A stretch of DNA of 64,000 nucleotides from an uncultured Chloroflexota bacterium (lineage in GTDB: Bacteria > Chloroflexota > UBA11872 > UBA12225). The first letter of the stretch is position 1. Every line of letters starts with the position of its first letter. Below the pieces are notes generated by a model. It made no database searches and had not been told where the DNA came from. It worked only from the letters and a program-made list of their open reading frames with translations. Location of the stretch: contig CADCTC010000018.1 in assembly GCA_902805635.1 (NCBI GenBank), positions 48 through 64,047 on the forward strand, read 5' to 3'. The position numbers and the translations under genes are program-made. Below are positions 46,916-57,725 of the stretch, one piece after another.

Positions 46916-47350
46916 TCAATTATGGGGCGGCAGCTCCTCCAGCTCGATCACTGCTCCGCCGCCGGCCGCAGCGCTCAGGTTGGCCAGCGCCGAGATGACG
47001 AGGCCGACAATGGCGCCGAAGACAGCCCCGATAAGGACCGCCGCGAGGGTCAGTGCAGCGAACACCACCGCGGGAGCGGCGTCCCAGGAGCGCAGGGCGA
47101 TGTGGGCGGGTTGAAGATGCAGCAGGTCGACGAAGTTAACGGTGGCCGACAGGCCGGCCGGCAGCGTGAGGCGCACGGCGCGCCAGCCTTCGACGATCTG
47201 ATGCGCCACGTCGACCAGCCTGACCACGGCCCACGCCAGCAGGGCAGCTGGAGGCAGAGCGATCAGTGCGCCGGCAGCCGCTCCCTGGCGCGACAGCGCG
47301 CCCGGACTGACAGAGCGGACGCGGTAGCGCGCGCGGCGCGGTGCGTTCAC
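46916..47350 (-). CDS. Hypothetical two-TM membrane protein
   Basis: RYRVRSVS followed by two hydrophobic segments and GG.VIELE; start uncertain. Confidence 0.6.
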   Translation of the reverse strand: MNAPRRARYRVRSVSPGALSRQGAAAGALIALPPAALLAWAVVRLVDVAHQIVEGWRAVRLTLPAGLSATVNFVDLLHLQPAHIALRSWDAAPAVVFAALTLAAVLIGAVFGAIVGLVISALANLSAAAGGGAVIELEELPPHN

Positions 47351-47369
47351 TGGACCGGGTACCGGATGG

Positions 47370-48443
<1,074 letters not shown>

Positions 48444-48456
48444 TCGTCAGCTCGTT

Positions 48457-49689
48457 CTATTGCGCGCCGCAGGCGAGGGCGATGTTGAGCAGCTCGGCGT
48501 CTGCCAGCGGACGCTTGCTCGCCAGGCCGGCCTGGTGGGCGCGGTGGAGGATGTGCTGCACCTGCTCGCCGTTGGCAGTGAGGCCCAGGTCGGCTAGCTT
48601 CTTCTCGACCGCGGTGGCGTCGCTCCACTTGCCCACCAGCACCTCGGGCAGGCGCCCAACGGCCTCGGGCTCGAACGCGAATGCGGCGCGTCGCTGGCCG
48701 GCGGCGATGAGCTTGGAGGAGGCGCCCCACTGCTCCACGCGGGTGGCGCCAGTGCCGGTGACGCCCTTGAAGTAGGCGATGGGGATGCCAGATATCTCCG
48801 CCGCCAGCTGCGACAGCGCCATCAGGCGGTCCAGCTTGACTCCGGTGCGCACGCCAAAGAGCGCCTCCAGGCCCATGGCCAGCTCCTCCAGTGACGAGCC
48901 GCCGGCGCGGTAGCCGATGCTGTTGACCGAGCAGTGCAGCGCGTCGGCGCCGCCTTCGTAGGCAGCGAGTGCGCAGGCGGTGGCCAGCCCGTAGTCGTTG
49001 TGGCAGTGCACTTCCACAGCCCGAAGGGTGAAGGTCTTGAGCCGGCGGACCACGTGGCGCACCGCGCTGGGGTGGCAGATGGAGAGGCTGTCCACGAAGG
49101 TGAAGGCGTCGGCGCCGGCCTGCTCGGCAGCTTCGACGGTCTGGCGGAGCAGGTCGATTGACAGGCGCGACGACTCGGGCATGAACAGGTTGACGTGCGC
49201 GCCCGCAGCTTTAGCAGCACGCACGCCGTCGAGCGCCTCGTCGAGCAGCTCGGCGCGCGGGCGCTGCATGACGTACTGCTGGTAGACGTCCGAGCAGCGG
49301 TACCAGACCATGACGTGGCGCACGCCCAGGTCCAGCACGCGCGGCGTCTTGGCGGGGTCCCAGGTGACGTACAGGTCCAGCGGCAGGCCCGCCGCCACAC
49401 GTTCCATCACCGCACGCACCGACTCGAACCAGCCCGGCACGGTGAGGAAGAGCTCCATGCGCCGCACGCCCACGCTGGCCAGCGCAATGGCGAAGCGTAG
49501 CTTGTCTTCAACCGTATAGGCGACGTCGGCGCACTCTTCTCCATCGCGCACGGTGATGTCGTGCAGCTCCACCGGGCGCGGCGGGACGGCCACGGCGGGA
49601 TCGAAGTTGTGCGGGCTGGTGGACCAGTGCGGCCCTTCCCAGGGATTGGCGTTGCCGGTGGTGCCAGTGGTGCCGGTGGCTTCGATCAT
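48457..49689 (-). CDS. DRE-TIM metallolyase (homocitrate synthase/LeuA-like) without regulatory domain
   Basis: DITVRDGEE, EVHCHNDYGLA, FEPEAVG, VGKWS; AAGGAG SD. Confidence 0.8.
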   Translation of the reverse strand: MIEATGTTGTTGNANPWEGPHWSTSPHNFDPAVAVPPRPVELHDITVRDGEECADVAYTVEDKLRFAIALASVGVRRMELFLTVPGWFESVRAVMERVAAGLPLDLYVTWDPAKTPRVLDLGVRHVMVWYRCSDVYQQYVMQRPRAELLDEALDGVRAAKAAGAHVNLFMPESSRLSIDLLRQTVEAAEQAGADAFTFVDSLSICHPSAVRHVVRRLKTFTLRAVEVHCHNDYGLATACALAAYEGGADALHCSVNSIGYRAGGSSLEELAMGLEALFGVRTGVKLDRLMALSQLAAEISGIPIAYFKGVTGTGATRVEQWGASSKLIAAGQRRAAFAFEPEAVGRLPEVLVGKWSDATAVEKKLADLGLTANGEQVQHILHRAHQAGLASKRPLADAELLNIALACGAQ

Positions 49690-49749
49690 TTTGGATGCTC
49701 CTTCGGTGGTCTTGAGGATGGCAATCTCGCGGGGCGCACGGCCAGAATG

Positions 49750-49891
49750 TGTGTCCCATTGTGTCCCACCGCACACGGAGACGGATCTAACCGGCAGCGC
49801 CTGCTGTCCGTAGAGGTGTGAAACACAGAGTGCATGGCGCGGGGGGGCGACTGGTTGGTTCTTGTCGCTATTTGTCGCCCTTTGTTGTCGC
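49750..49891. repeat. 10-bp-phased direct repeats (TGTGTCCC x2; TTGTCGC x3)
   Basis: TGTGTCCCAT TGTGTCCCAC at 49750; TTGTCGC at 49862, 49872 and 49885. Confidence 0.7.
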
Positions 49892-50210
49892 TGCTACCTG
49901 GTAGTGGGCACGGGCGGTGGCGAGACCGTGCGGCGCCGGCGCAAGTCGCGGCGGGGTCGTCTGGCGGGACTGTGGTCAGTTGATGTGGTGTCATTCCAAT
50001 GTGGGCGGCTGGGAGTGGAGAACCGGCATCGACGGACCTCCCATAAGAGAAGACGATTCAGGGCCGCGAAACCGGCAGGGGCACGTACCGATGGCGCGAC
50101 GGTGCGGGTCGACCAATGGTGTCAACTTCTTCTTCGTCTTTGGTAGAACCTGGGCTGCCTGGACGGGCTGCCCAACGGTTGGACGGGTGTATGCGAGGAG
50201 AGCGAGAGAG

Positions 50211-51560
50211 ATGGCGACGGGACATGGTAGGACGCGGCGGGTGGTGATGGGTGCGCTGGCCGGTGGTGCGGCCGGGGTGGTGACGGCGTGCGGCGCGCAA
50301 GCGGGCGGGAGCAGTGCACAGCAGGGTGGCGCGGCAGCGGAGCTGCAGCCGGCAAAGCTGCACGCGTACGTGCGGCAGCAGGTGGCGCTGTTTGGCGACG
50401 TGATGGAGAAGCGGGTACGTGCTTATGAGACGGCGCGGCAGAACAAGATCACGGTCAACTGGGAGCTGGTGTCGACCGACTACGACAAGAAGCTGGGGGC
50501 ACTGGTCGCCGCGGGATCGCCGCCGGACATTAGCGACCATTCAACGGACACGTTCAAGCCGTGGGCGGCGCAGGGAGTGCACCGCACGCTGGAGCCGCTG
50601 GTCAAGCGCGACAAGGACTTCAAGCTGGACGAGTTCTTCCCGCGCCTGATCGAGGGCAGCCGCTGGCAGGGGCAGCTGGCGCGCATCCCGCACTACGCGG
50701 CGCCCTACCCGATGTACTTCAACCGGAACCTCTTCCGCGCAAAGAACGTGGCGCTGCCAACCGCAGACATGACGTGGCAGCAGCTGCGCGAGACGGCGCT
50801 CAAGCTCACCTCCAAGCCGGAGAGCCTGTGGGGCTTCGAGGCGGACGTGGACCCCAACCTGTGGGTGAGCTGCATCTGGGGTGAGGGCGGCGAGGTGCTG
50901 GACAAGGAAGGGACGAAGTGCCTGATCGATTCGCCGCAGGCGATGGCGGGAGTCGAGTTCTACGCAAACCTGCGCGTGCGCGACCGGGTGGCACTGGACA
51001 GCAAGGATGACTTCGCAGGCAAGAACCGCGACACGCTGTTCGCGGGGGGCAACGTGGCGATGTACGTGGCGCCGCTGTCGCGCGCCAACCAGCTGATCGA
51101 GCTGTCCAAGGGCGCGTTCGAGTGGGACATCCAGCAGCCGCCGCGGGGCAGCGTCAAACGCGAACAGCGCCTGGGCGACGGCGGTCTGTCGATCACGGCG
51201 GGGTCCAAGGCGCTGGACCAGTCGTGGGACTTCGTGAAGTGGATGACGAGCGCCGAAACGCAGAAGGAGTGGGCGGGCCAGCGCCTGAACATGCCCAGCC
51301 GGAAGGCGGTGGCCGAGTCCGACGCGTTCCTCAAGACGCGCCCGCCGGAGAACACTAAAGCCATGGTGGACATGATGGCGACGTCGCGCGGTTTCTGGCC
51401 GGTGCCGAACCGCGGCATGAGCTCGGTGCTGGAGACGGGGATGGGGAACATCTTCGCGGGCAAGCAGGGCGTGCGCGAGGCGTGCCAGGAGATGAAGCGG
51501 CTGATCGACGCGGTGATCGAGAAGGAGCGGCCCAACTGGAAGCCGCTGGCCGGCGTTTGA
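50211..51560 (+). CDS. Extracellular solute-binding lipoprotein, carbohydrate ABC family 1
   Basis: TRRVVM Tat motif, VTAC lipobox, AAGSPPDI, YFNRNLF, WDFVKWM. Confidence 0.88.
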   Translation: MATGHGRTRRVVMGALAGGAAGVVTACGAQAGGSSAQQGGAAAELQPAKLHAYVRQQVALFGDVMEKRVRAYETARQNKITVNWELVSTDYDKKLGALVAAGSPPDISDHSTDTFKPWAAQGVHRTLEPLVKRDKDFKLDEFFPRLIEGSRWQGQLARIPHYAAPYPMYFNRNLFRAKNVALPTADMTWQQLRETALKLTSKPESLWGFEADVDPNLWVSCIWGEGGEVLDKEGTKCLIDSPQAMAGVEFYANLRVRDRVALDSKDDFAGKNRDTLFAGGNVAMYVAPLSRANQLIELSKGAFEWDIQQPPRGSVKREQRLGDGGLSITAGSKALDQSWDFVKWMTSAETQKEWAGQRLNMPSRKAVAESDAFLKTRPPENTKAMVDMMATSRGFWPVPNRGMSSVLETGMGNIFAGKQGVREACQEMKRLIDAVIEKERPNWKPLAGV

Positions 51561-52687
51561 TGCGGATATTCATTGCCGACCCGGCGGCACTGGAGCGGGC
51601 GCGCGAGCGGGCGCTAGGCGGCGACCCGGCGCTGCGCCCGGCGATAGAGAAGCTGCGGGCCGAGGCGGAGGCGGCGCTGGAGGTGCGGCCGGTCTCGGTG
51701 ATGGACAAGCTGCATGCGCCGCCGAGTGGCGACAAGCACGACTACATGAGCCTGGCGCCGTACCACTGGCCCAACCCGGAGACGCCTGACGGGCTGCCGT
51801 ACGTCAACCGGGACGGGCCGGTCAACCCGGAGCGCAATGAGTACGACCGGCCCAAGGTGGACGTGCTGATGGGCAGCGTGGACACGCTGGCGCTGGCGTA
51901 CTGGGTCACTGGCGACGAACGGTACGCCGCACACGCTGCCCTGTTCCTGCGCACTTGGTTCCTGGACCCGCAAACCCGGATGAACCCGCACCTGCGCTAC
52001 GGGCAGGCGATCAAGGGAGTGTGCGAGGGGCGCCGCGGCGGGGCAATTGACTTTCGCGGGTTCGACCGGACAATCGACAGCATTGGCCTGCTCGGTGGCT
52101 CCTTGGCTTGGACTAATGCGGAGGACAGACAGCTGCGCGAGTGGCTGCGGGCATTCCTGGCCTGGCTGCGGGAGAGTGACCTGGGGCAAGAGGAATCGCG
52201 GTCACAGAATAACCACGGCACGTGGTACGACGCGCAGGTGTGCCTGCTGGCGCTGGCGACGGGGCAGCCGCACCTGGCGCGGGAGACGCTGGAGGCGCGT
52301 GCGTTCGAGCGCATCGCGACTCAGATCGAGCCCGACGGGCGGATGCCGAACGAGCTGCGCCGGACGCGGGCGCTGCACTACTCGACGATGAACCTGATCG
52401 CGTGGCTCAACCTGGCGCGGCTCGGCGGCCAGGTGGGGGTGGACCTGTGGCGGTTCGAAACCGACGACGGACGGAGCATCCGACGCGGGCTGGACTGGCT
52501 GCTGCCCTACGCGCTGCGCGCACGTGAGTGGCTCTACCAGCAGATCACGGAGTACGTGGAGCCGATCCTGCCGGTGCTGCGCCGTGCGGCCAACGCGTTT
52601 GGCGCGCCGGAGTACGAGGCACGCGTTGCGGCGCTGCCGGGAGCGGCAGCAGCGCGTGAGCAACTGCTGTTTCCGGCCGGTGAGTAG
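51560..52687 (+). CDS. Alginate lyase family protein (alpha/alpha-toroid type), no signal peptide
   Basis: SGDKHDYMSLAPYHWP, DGLPYVNRDG, NNHGTWYD, ELRRTRALHY; start overlaps the upstream stop (TGATG). Confidence 0.82.
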   Translation: MRIFIADPAALERARERALGGDPALRPAIEKLRAEAEAALEVRPVSVMDKLHAPPSGDKHDYMSLAPYHWPNPETPDGLPYVNRDGPVNPERNEYDRPKVDVLMGSVDTLALAYWVTGDERYAAHAALFLRTWFLDPQTRMNPHLRYGQAIKGVCEGRRGGAIDFRGFDRTIDSIGLLGGSLAWTNAEDRQLREWLRAFLAWLRESDLGQEESRSQNNHGTWYDAQVCLLALATGQPHLARETLEARAFERIATQIEPDGRMPNELRRTRALHYSTMNLIAWLNLARLGGQVGVDLWRFETDDGRSIRRGLDWLLPYALRAREWLYQQITEYVEPILPVLRRAANAFGAPEYEARVAALPGAAAAREQLLFPAGE

Positions 52688-52763
52688 CGCCGGACGTGTG
52701 AACCGTGAGAGCTTCGCCGGGGTGCGTGATACTGGTCCGGCGCCGCTTGCGCTGCGTCCCCAA

Positions 52764-53870
52764 TCAGGGACCGGGCCGCTGCGCCCGACGCTTCGCTAGC
52801 TGCGCCACACTCGCCTTTACCATCGGCTCGATCGCGGCCGGCGGAAACGGCCACACGGCGCTGACGTTGATCTCGCACAGCACGTAGGAATCCTCTCCTG
52901 CGTCATCCTTGGGCCCGTAGAGAAAGTCGGCATCCCAAATGATCGGGAGGTCGTGCGTCTCGATATCCAGCAGGTGCTGCATCTGGGGCACCCACTCGCG
53001 CATCTTGGACTTGAGCGCGCGAAAGGCCGGAGCGTTGGGCCCCTCCATCACGGAACGGCGTTGTGGCGCGGCCGACTGTCCCCCGGTTGCGCCTGCGTCG
53101 AGCAGCGCCTGCGGCCACTGATGGCAGAACCCCACGACTTCGTCGTGTGTCAAGTAGCAGCGGACCATCCCGTCCCGTAGTCGGTCCTGATAGGTCTGGT
53201 CGACCAAACAACCCGACCACGCAAAGTACTGGCCGCAGCGGTCGAGGAATGCGCCGAGGCGCAGCTCCTCGACGGCTTCCCCGTCCGCGAGTCCCACGAG
53301 TGCGTGTTGCACCTGCACCATAGCGTCTAGCGAAAGGGTCTGCCCGTTGAGCGGGACCGGAGGCAAGAGGTCGATGCGCCATACGCCGTTTCCTGCCGTA
53401 CCCCGGCCCTGCTTCAGCACGCGCCGGCCGTGCCGGGCGAGCCGGGTGGGGAAGCGCTCCATTAGCTCCCCCACGCTGCGGTAGACGTCGGTCTCGGTCT
53501 CCCACCCGACGGTGCGAGTCTGGAAGAGCACCTCCTTGGTGCCCATCTTCAGGATCACGTCGGGGCGCGCCGAGACCCATACGCCTGCACCGGCAACGTC
53601 GCGCAACAGCGCGTCGAGGCTGGCCCGCGTCGCGCCGTCCTGGATAGGGTTGACCCAGACCAACACGCCGTCCAGCGCGCGCAGCTGCTCCTGCACCTCG
53701 GACACGGCATCGTCGGCATAAACGACGTGCTCGGCGAGCACGCCCGCCGCGCCGAACGCCTCGATCACAGGGACCATTAGCTCCTTCGCCCGCGGCGATG
53801 GAGTCCCGGTGTGGGCGTCGCCACGCGCGAGCAGACCCACCCGTCTTGATTGTTCAGACCGCGCCACCAT
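52764..53870 (-). CDS. Cj0069-like ATP-grasp-fold protein
   Basis: VLVWVNP, ILKMGTK, RVLKQ.RG..GNGVW, IWDADF, LCEINVS; GGAGG SD. Confidence 0.7.
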   Translation of the reverse strand: MVARSEQSRRVGLLARGDAHTGTPSPRAKELMVPVIEAFGAAGVLAEHVVYADDAVSEVQEQLRALDGVLVWVNPIQDGATRASLDALLRDVAGAGVWVSARPDVILKMGTKEVLFQTRTVGWETETDVYRSVGELMERFPTRLARHGRRVLKQGRGTAGNGVWRIDLLPPVPLNGQTLSLDAMVQVQHALVGLADGEAVEELRLGAFLDRCGQYFAWSGCLVDQTYQDRLRDGMVRCYLTHDEVVGFCHQWPQALLDAGATGGQSAAPQRRSVMEGPNAPAFRALKSKMREWVPQMQHLLDIETHDLPIIWDADFLYGPKDDAGEDSYVLCEINVSAVWPFPPAAIEPMVKASVAQLAKRRAQRPGP

Positions 53871-53970
53871 GGTCGTGTACCTCCGCCCGCGCTGCATCCT
53901 ACCGTTCACACACCATTAGCCATGCGCGGCGAACGGCTCGAAGGTGGCGGGCGTGACGGTGTAATGGGCG

Positions 53971-54693
53971 CTACCCGCGTCCGATGAACGGCTGCTTGAT
54001 TGGCATCACCGTCGCCTCCAGCATTGTCACGTGCGGCGGGAGCAGCGCCATCCACACCGCCGCCTGCGCCAACTCGTCCACGCTCATGTTCGCCTCGGCG
54101 CTCGTCGTCCCCACATGGCGCTCGATGCGCGTATTGCCGGGATACAGGCAGCTTGCCGCGATATTGTGGTCGCGCCCCTCAAGCGCAGTCACCTGGGTCA
54201 ATCCCCAGACGCCGTGCTTGCTCGCGCTGTACGGTCCGGAGTTCGGCCGCACCCGCTGCGCCGAGATGCTGCTGACGTTGATGATCCGCCCGCCGCCCTG
54301 CGCCTTCATGATGCGGAACGCCGCGCGCGTGCACAGGAACGGCCCCGTCAGGTTAGTGGCTATGACCCGGTTCCACGCCTCCAGCGTCAGCTCGGCCAGC
54401 GGCCCGCCGCTCGAGATGCCCGCGTTGTTCACCAACACGTCCAGTCGCCCGAAGCGCTCGGTCACCGCCTCGAACAGCCGCTCGACCTGCCCTTCGTCGG
54501 TCATGTCCGCCGGTACCGCCAGTACTGGCCCACCCAGCGCCTCAAGCTCGCCCCGCGTTTGCTCCAGCACCTCGCTGGGCCGCGCCGCGATTGCCACGCT
54601 CGCCCCCTCGCGCGCCATGCCGCGCGCGATGCCCTTCCCAATCCCCCGGCTCCCGCCGGTCACCAGCACTACCTTGCCGTCTAACCCACCCAT
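53971..54693 (-). CDS. Classical short-chain dehydrogenase/reductase
   Basis: TGGSRGIG, NNAG, YSASK. Confidence 0.93.
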   Translation of the reverse strand: MGGLDGKVVLVTGGSRGIGKGIARGMAREGASVAIAARPSEVLEQTRGELEALGGPVLAVPADMTDEGQVERLFEAVTERFGRLDVLVNNAGISSGGPLAELTLEAWNRVIATNLTGPFLCTRAAFRIMKAQGGGRIINVSSISAQRVRPNSGPYSASKHGVWGLTQVTALEGRDHNIAASCLYPGNTRIERHVGTTSAEANMSVDELAQAAVWMALLPPHVTMLEATVMPIKQPFIGRG

Positions 54694-54759
54694 GTCTGTC
54701 CTCCTCGTTGTCCAGGGTAGCGTGCGACGGTCGAGCGATCCGGCGTGGGTCTCCGTGCG

Positions 54760-55821
54760 CTACGTGGCGTGGCGCAGATATGCGACGAGCCGCTCGGTGG
54801 TGCGACCGGGTCCGGCGGGCGGTGGGACACGGCGCTCATCCGCGATGGCCTGCGCGGCGGCCTGGGAGAAGGTGGTCAGGCGCGTGTGGCGGATGGCGAT
54901 CCAGTAGCGCGCGTCGCGGGCGAGCAGGTCCGACGAGAGGCCGAGTACGAGCTCGCGTGCAACCTCCCAGTTGGCTCGTGTTACGAGCCTGACCCACTGC
55001 GACGAGAGCCACGGGGTGAGCAACGGAACCTCCACCGCCACGGGGCGCCGCAGCCGCAGCGCGCGGGCGGCGGCGTCGATAATCTCGCGCCCGGTGAGCG
55101 CCTCCGGGCCGGGCAGATCAAACGACGCGCTGGCGGGCAGGGGCAGGCGCAGCCCCGCCTCCAGGGCGGCTACGACGTCGGCGATGGCGACCGGCTGGGT
55201 GCGCGAGCGCATCCAGCGTGGCAGGACCATAGTGGGTAGCCGCGCGGCGAGGTCGCGCACGATCAACCAGGAGATGCTTCCCGCGCCGACGATCATGCTG
55301 GCACGCAGCTCCAGTGACGGCACCGGCCCGGACGCCAGCGCTTCGCCCACGTCCAGGCGGCTGCGCAGGTGCTCGGACGCTTCACCCGAGGGAGCCACCC
55401 CGCCGAGGTACACGATGCGCTCCAGTCCGGCCGCCGCTGCGGCCGCCGCGAAGCGGTGCGCGGCGTCCACTTCGCGTCGTCGGAAGTCTGGATGGCCGCC
55501 GCGCATGCCGTGAACAAGATAGAACGCGGCGCGGCAACCATCTAGTGAAGCCGCCAATCCGGCACCGCTTTCGACATCCGCCTGAACCCACGTGCGCGAC
55601 GGCCAGCGGCGGGCGGCGCGCCCAGGATCGCGTGTGGCCCCTCGGACGTGGTACCCGGCGGCTTCCAGCACGGGCCACAGCGCGCCGCCCACGAACCCGG
55701 TGGCGCCGGTGAGCAGCACCGAATCGCCGGCGCCTGTCCCGCCGTCCTGATGGTGCGCAGGTGACGGGCCGGCCGAATTTCGCGTCCCGTCTTGTAGAGC
55801 TGGCGGCGTACTGGCGGTCAT
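54760..55821 (-). CDS. NAD(P)-binding atypical SDR (YbjT-like)
   Basis: TGATGFVG, FYLVH, SEHLRSR, RASMIVG.GS.S, TQPVAI.DV. Confidence 0.85.
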   Translation of the reverse strand: MTASTPPALQDGTRNSAGPSPAHHQDGGTGAGDSVLLTGATGFVGGALWPVLEAAGYHVRGATRDPGRAARRWPSRTWVQADVESGAGLAASLDGCRAAFYLVHGMRGGHPDFRRREVDAAHRFAAAAAAAGLERIVYLGGVAPSGEASEHLRSRLDVGEALASGPVPSLELRASMIVGAGSISWLIVRDLAARLPTMVLPRWMRSRTQPVAIADVVAALEAGLRLPLPASASFDLPGPEALTGREIIDAAARALRLRRPVAVEVPLLTPWLSSQWVRLVTRANWEVARELVLGLSSDLLARDARYWIAIRHTRLTTFSQAAAQAIADERRVPPPAGPGRTTERLVAYLRHAT

Positions 55822-56588
55822 GTGAGTGCTCCTATCGACCGAGAGATCGAGGCAAGCGCGCTGTGCGCGGCGTGGCTGTGGTAGGCGCCGTACAACCAGC
55901 CGATGCCTTCCCAGACGGCTGCAAGCGCCCGTGGAAGGAGCGCACCCCTCGGCTGCCTGGGGAGTGGCTGGTGCGGGGCGGAGCGGCGTAGTGGCAGTGG
56001 GCCGAGGAAGCGCGAGGGGAAGGCCTCGACACGCATCCAGGCGTGAAGCTCGTCACCGCGGCGACGCTCTACGCCAAGCGTGAGCGCGCCGAGCGCCGCG
56101 GCGGCTTCGGGCGTGGAGGGGCTTTGCGTGGGGCGGACGAGCAGACCAGGAGTAATGCGCCAGCGGCGGACGACGTGCGTGTCGCCCACGTCGGTGCGCT
56201 CGTGCACGAGCGAGAGCACGTTAGACCCGAAACGGAGGCGGCAGTCGATTCCGGAGGCGCTGGCGTGGCAGCGGATCAGACCGAGCGAGAAGCGTCCGAT
56301 GCTGCGCGCAAACGCAGCCGTGATGAGGGCTGGGATGCGATCGCGCGCATTGGGGTCGGGCCACCGGCCGCGCCAGACCAGGTGCTCTTCACTGTCCAGC
56401 AGCCCGCGGGAGAGATCGCGCCTGATCCAGCGGCCAGGACCGCGCATCGAGGTCTCAGCGGGCACGGCCGGCACAGCAAGGATGGGGATTCCGTAGGGCA
56501 CCTGAGCACCTGAGACGATCATGGTGCGACAGGCGTATATACGCCCCGGAGATGAAATTGGTCGTCCGCTACGGACCGCCGGCGTCAA
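55818..56588 (-). CDS. Hypothetical protein coupled to the YbjT-like gene
   Basis: ATGA overlap at 55818-55821; true start probably downstream of 56588. Confidence 0.5.
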   Translation of the reverse strand: MTPAVRSGRPISSPGRIYACRTMIVSGAQVPYGIPILAVPAVPAETSMRGPGRWIRRDLSRGLLDSEEHLVWRGRWPDPNARDRIPALITAAFARSIGRFSLGLIRCHASASGIDCRLRFGSNVLSLVHERTDVGDTHVVRRWRITPGLLVRPTQSPSTPEAAAALGALTLGVERRRGDELHAWMRVEAFPSRFLGPLPLRRSAPHQPLPRQPRGALLPRALAAVWEGIGWLYGAYHSHAAHSALASISRSIGALT

Positions 56589-56620
56589 TCGCCGTGCTTC
56601 GCACGGCGAAGCCGGGTGGA

Positions 56621-57601
56621 CTAGGGGAGCACGAGCGTCTGGCCGATGGACAACATCGTCTCTGGGGTATTGAGATTGTTTGCCGTGACCAGTGCCTCTA
56701 CCGTCGTGCGATAGCGCACGGCGAGCGCGAGCAGGGTATCGCCCCCTTGTACGGTGTGCTTCCGCTGTCCCGACGAACTGGTTGCCACGGTCGAGCCGGG
56801 AGTGGCCGCCGGCGCCTGCCGCATGCCGGATGCCCCGGCCGGTGTGGCCACGGATGTCGCGCCTGCAGATGGCGTGCGGCCCGGCGTGGCCCCGGAAGCC
56901 ACTGTCGTTCGTGGTGTCGCTTGTGCCCCTGCTACCTGGGTCGAGACTACGGTCCCGGGTCGAGGCGTGCCGGAGGACGGGGTGGCGGCCGTGGTTACTA
57001 ACCCGCCGGCGCCGGCAGCCTGCACTGATCCGGCCGGCGTCATGGTTGCGAGTGCCGCCGCGGGCGTCGTGTTCGGTGGAGATACCACGGTCGTGACCGG
57101 GTTTACAGCGGCTCCCGCCGCCGCGGTGGCTGATGGTCGAGCGGTGCCGCTAGCGCCGGGAGTGCCCGCAGCGGTGCCGCCGATGCTTGCAGTGCGATCG
57201 GGTACCGTCGTTGCCGTCGTTGCCACGCGCAATGCGGATGCAGTCGCATCGGACGGAACGAGCGTCGCCACGGGCGCCAGCGCCACAGCGGTGGACGTTG
57301 CGGCGGGCAGCAGGCTGGCTTGCTGCGTAGTGCCGGTGGTGGGGCGCGCGGGCACCGCCGCGGCGTTGCTGGCGGTGCTTCTGCCTGCTGCCTGGACGAG
57401 AAGAGTGCCCAGGATCAGGACGCTCGCCACGGCGCCACCCACGCACAGGCCGAGCTCGGTGCGACGTCGCTCGGTCCGCAGCCTGGCGCGAGCGTTAGAC
57501 CCGACGGTTGGCAAAGGCGCCGTCTGGTGGATCGCACCGGCGGGCCACGGTGTCCCCTCCATGTAATCGGGCTGCGGCGTGGGGTCGTAGCTGCTCCGCA
57601 T
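56621..57601 (-). CDS. Membrane-anchored LysM protein with Ala/Thr/Pro stalk
   Basis: One TM; C-terminal HTVQGGDTLLALAVRY...LSIGQTLVLP; AAGGAG SD. Confidence 0.88.
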   Translation of the reverse strand: MRSSYDPTPQPDYMEGTPWPAGAIHQTAPLPTVGSNARARLRTERRRTELGLCVGGAVASVLILGTLLVQAAGRSTASNAAAVPARPTTGTTQQASLLPAATSTAVALAPVATLVPSDATASALRVATTATTVPDRTASIGGTAAGTPGASGTARPSATAAAGAAVNPVTTVVSPPNTTPAAALATMTPAGSVQAAGAGGLVTTAATPSSGTPRPGTVVSTQVAGAQATPRTTVASGATPGRTPSAGATSVATPAGASGMRQAPAATPGSTVATSSSGQRKHTVQGGDTLLALAVRYRTTVEALVTANNLNTPETMLSIGQTLVLP

Positions 57602-57725
57602 GTCGTTCGGGCTCCTTCGGCGCGACGGCGAGAAAGCGCGGTCGTTCGGTCGTGGTCATCGACAATAACGGCGCAGGAACCCGAACGCATCGCGATTGAT
57701 GCGTAAGTAATGGACCGACCGATCT

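Noticed and set aside
56760-57370. Low-complexity Ala/Thr/Pro-coding tract
   Set aside because: Ordinary stalk of the LysM protein, not a separate repeat element.
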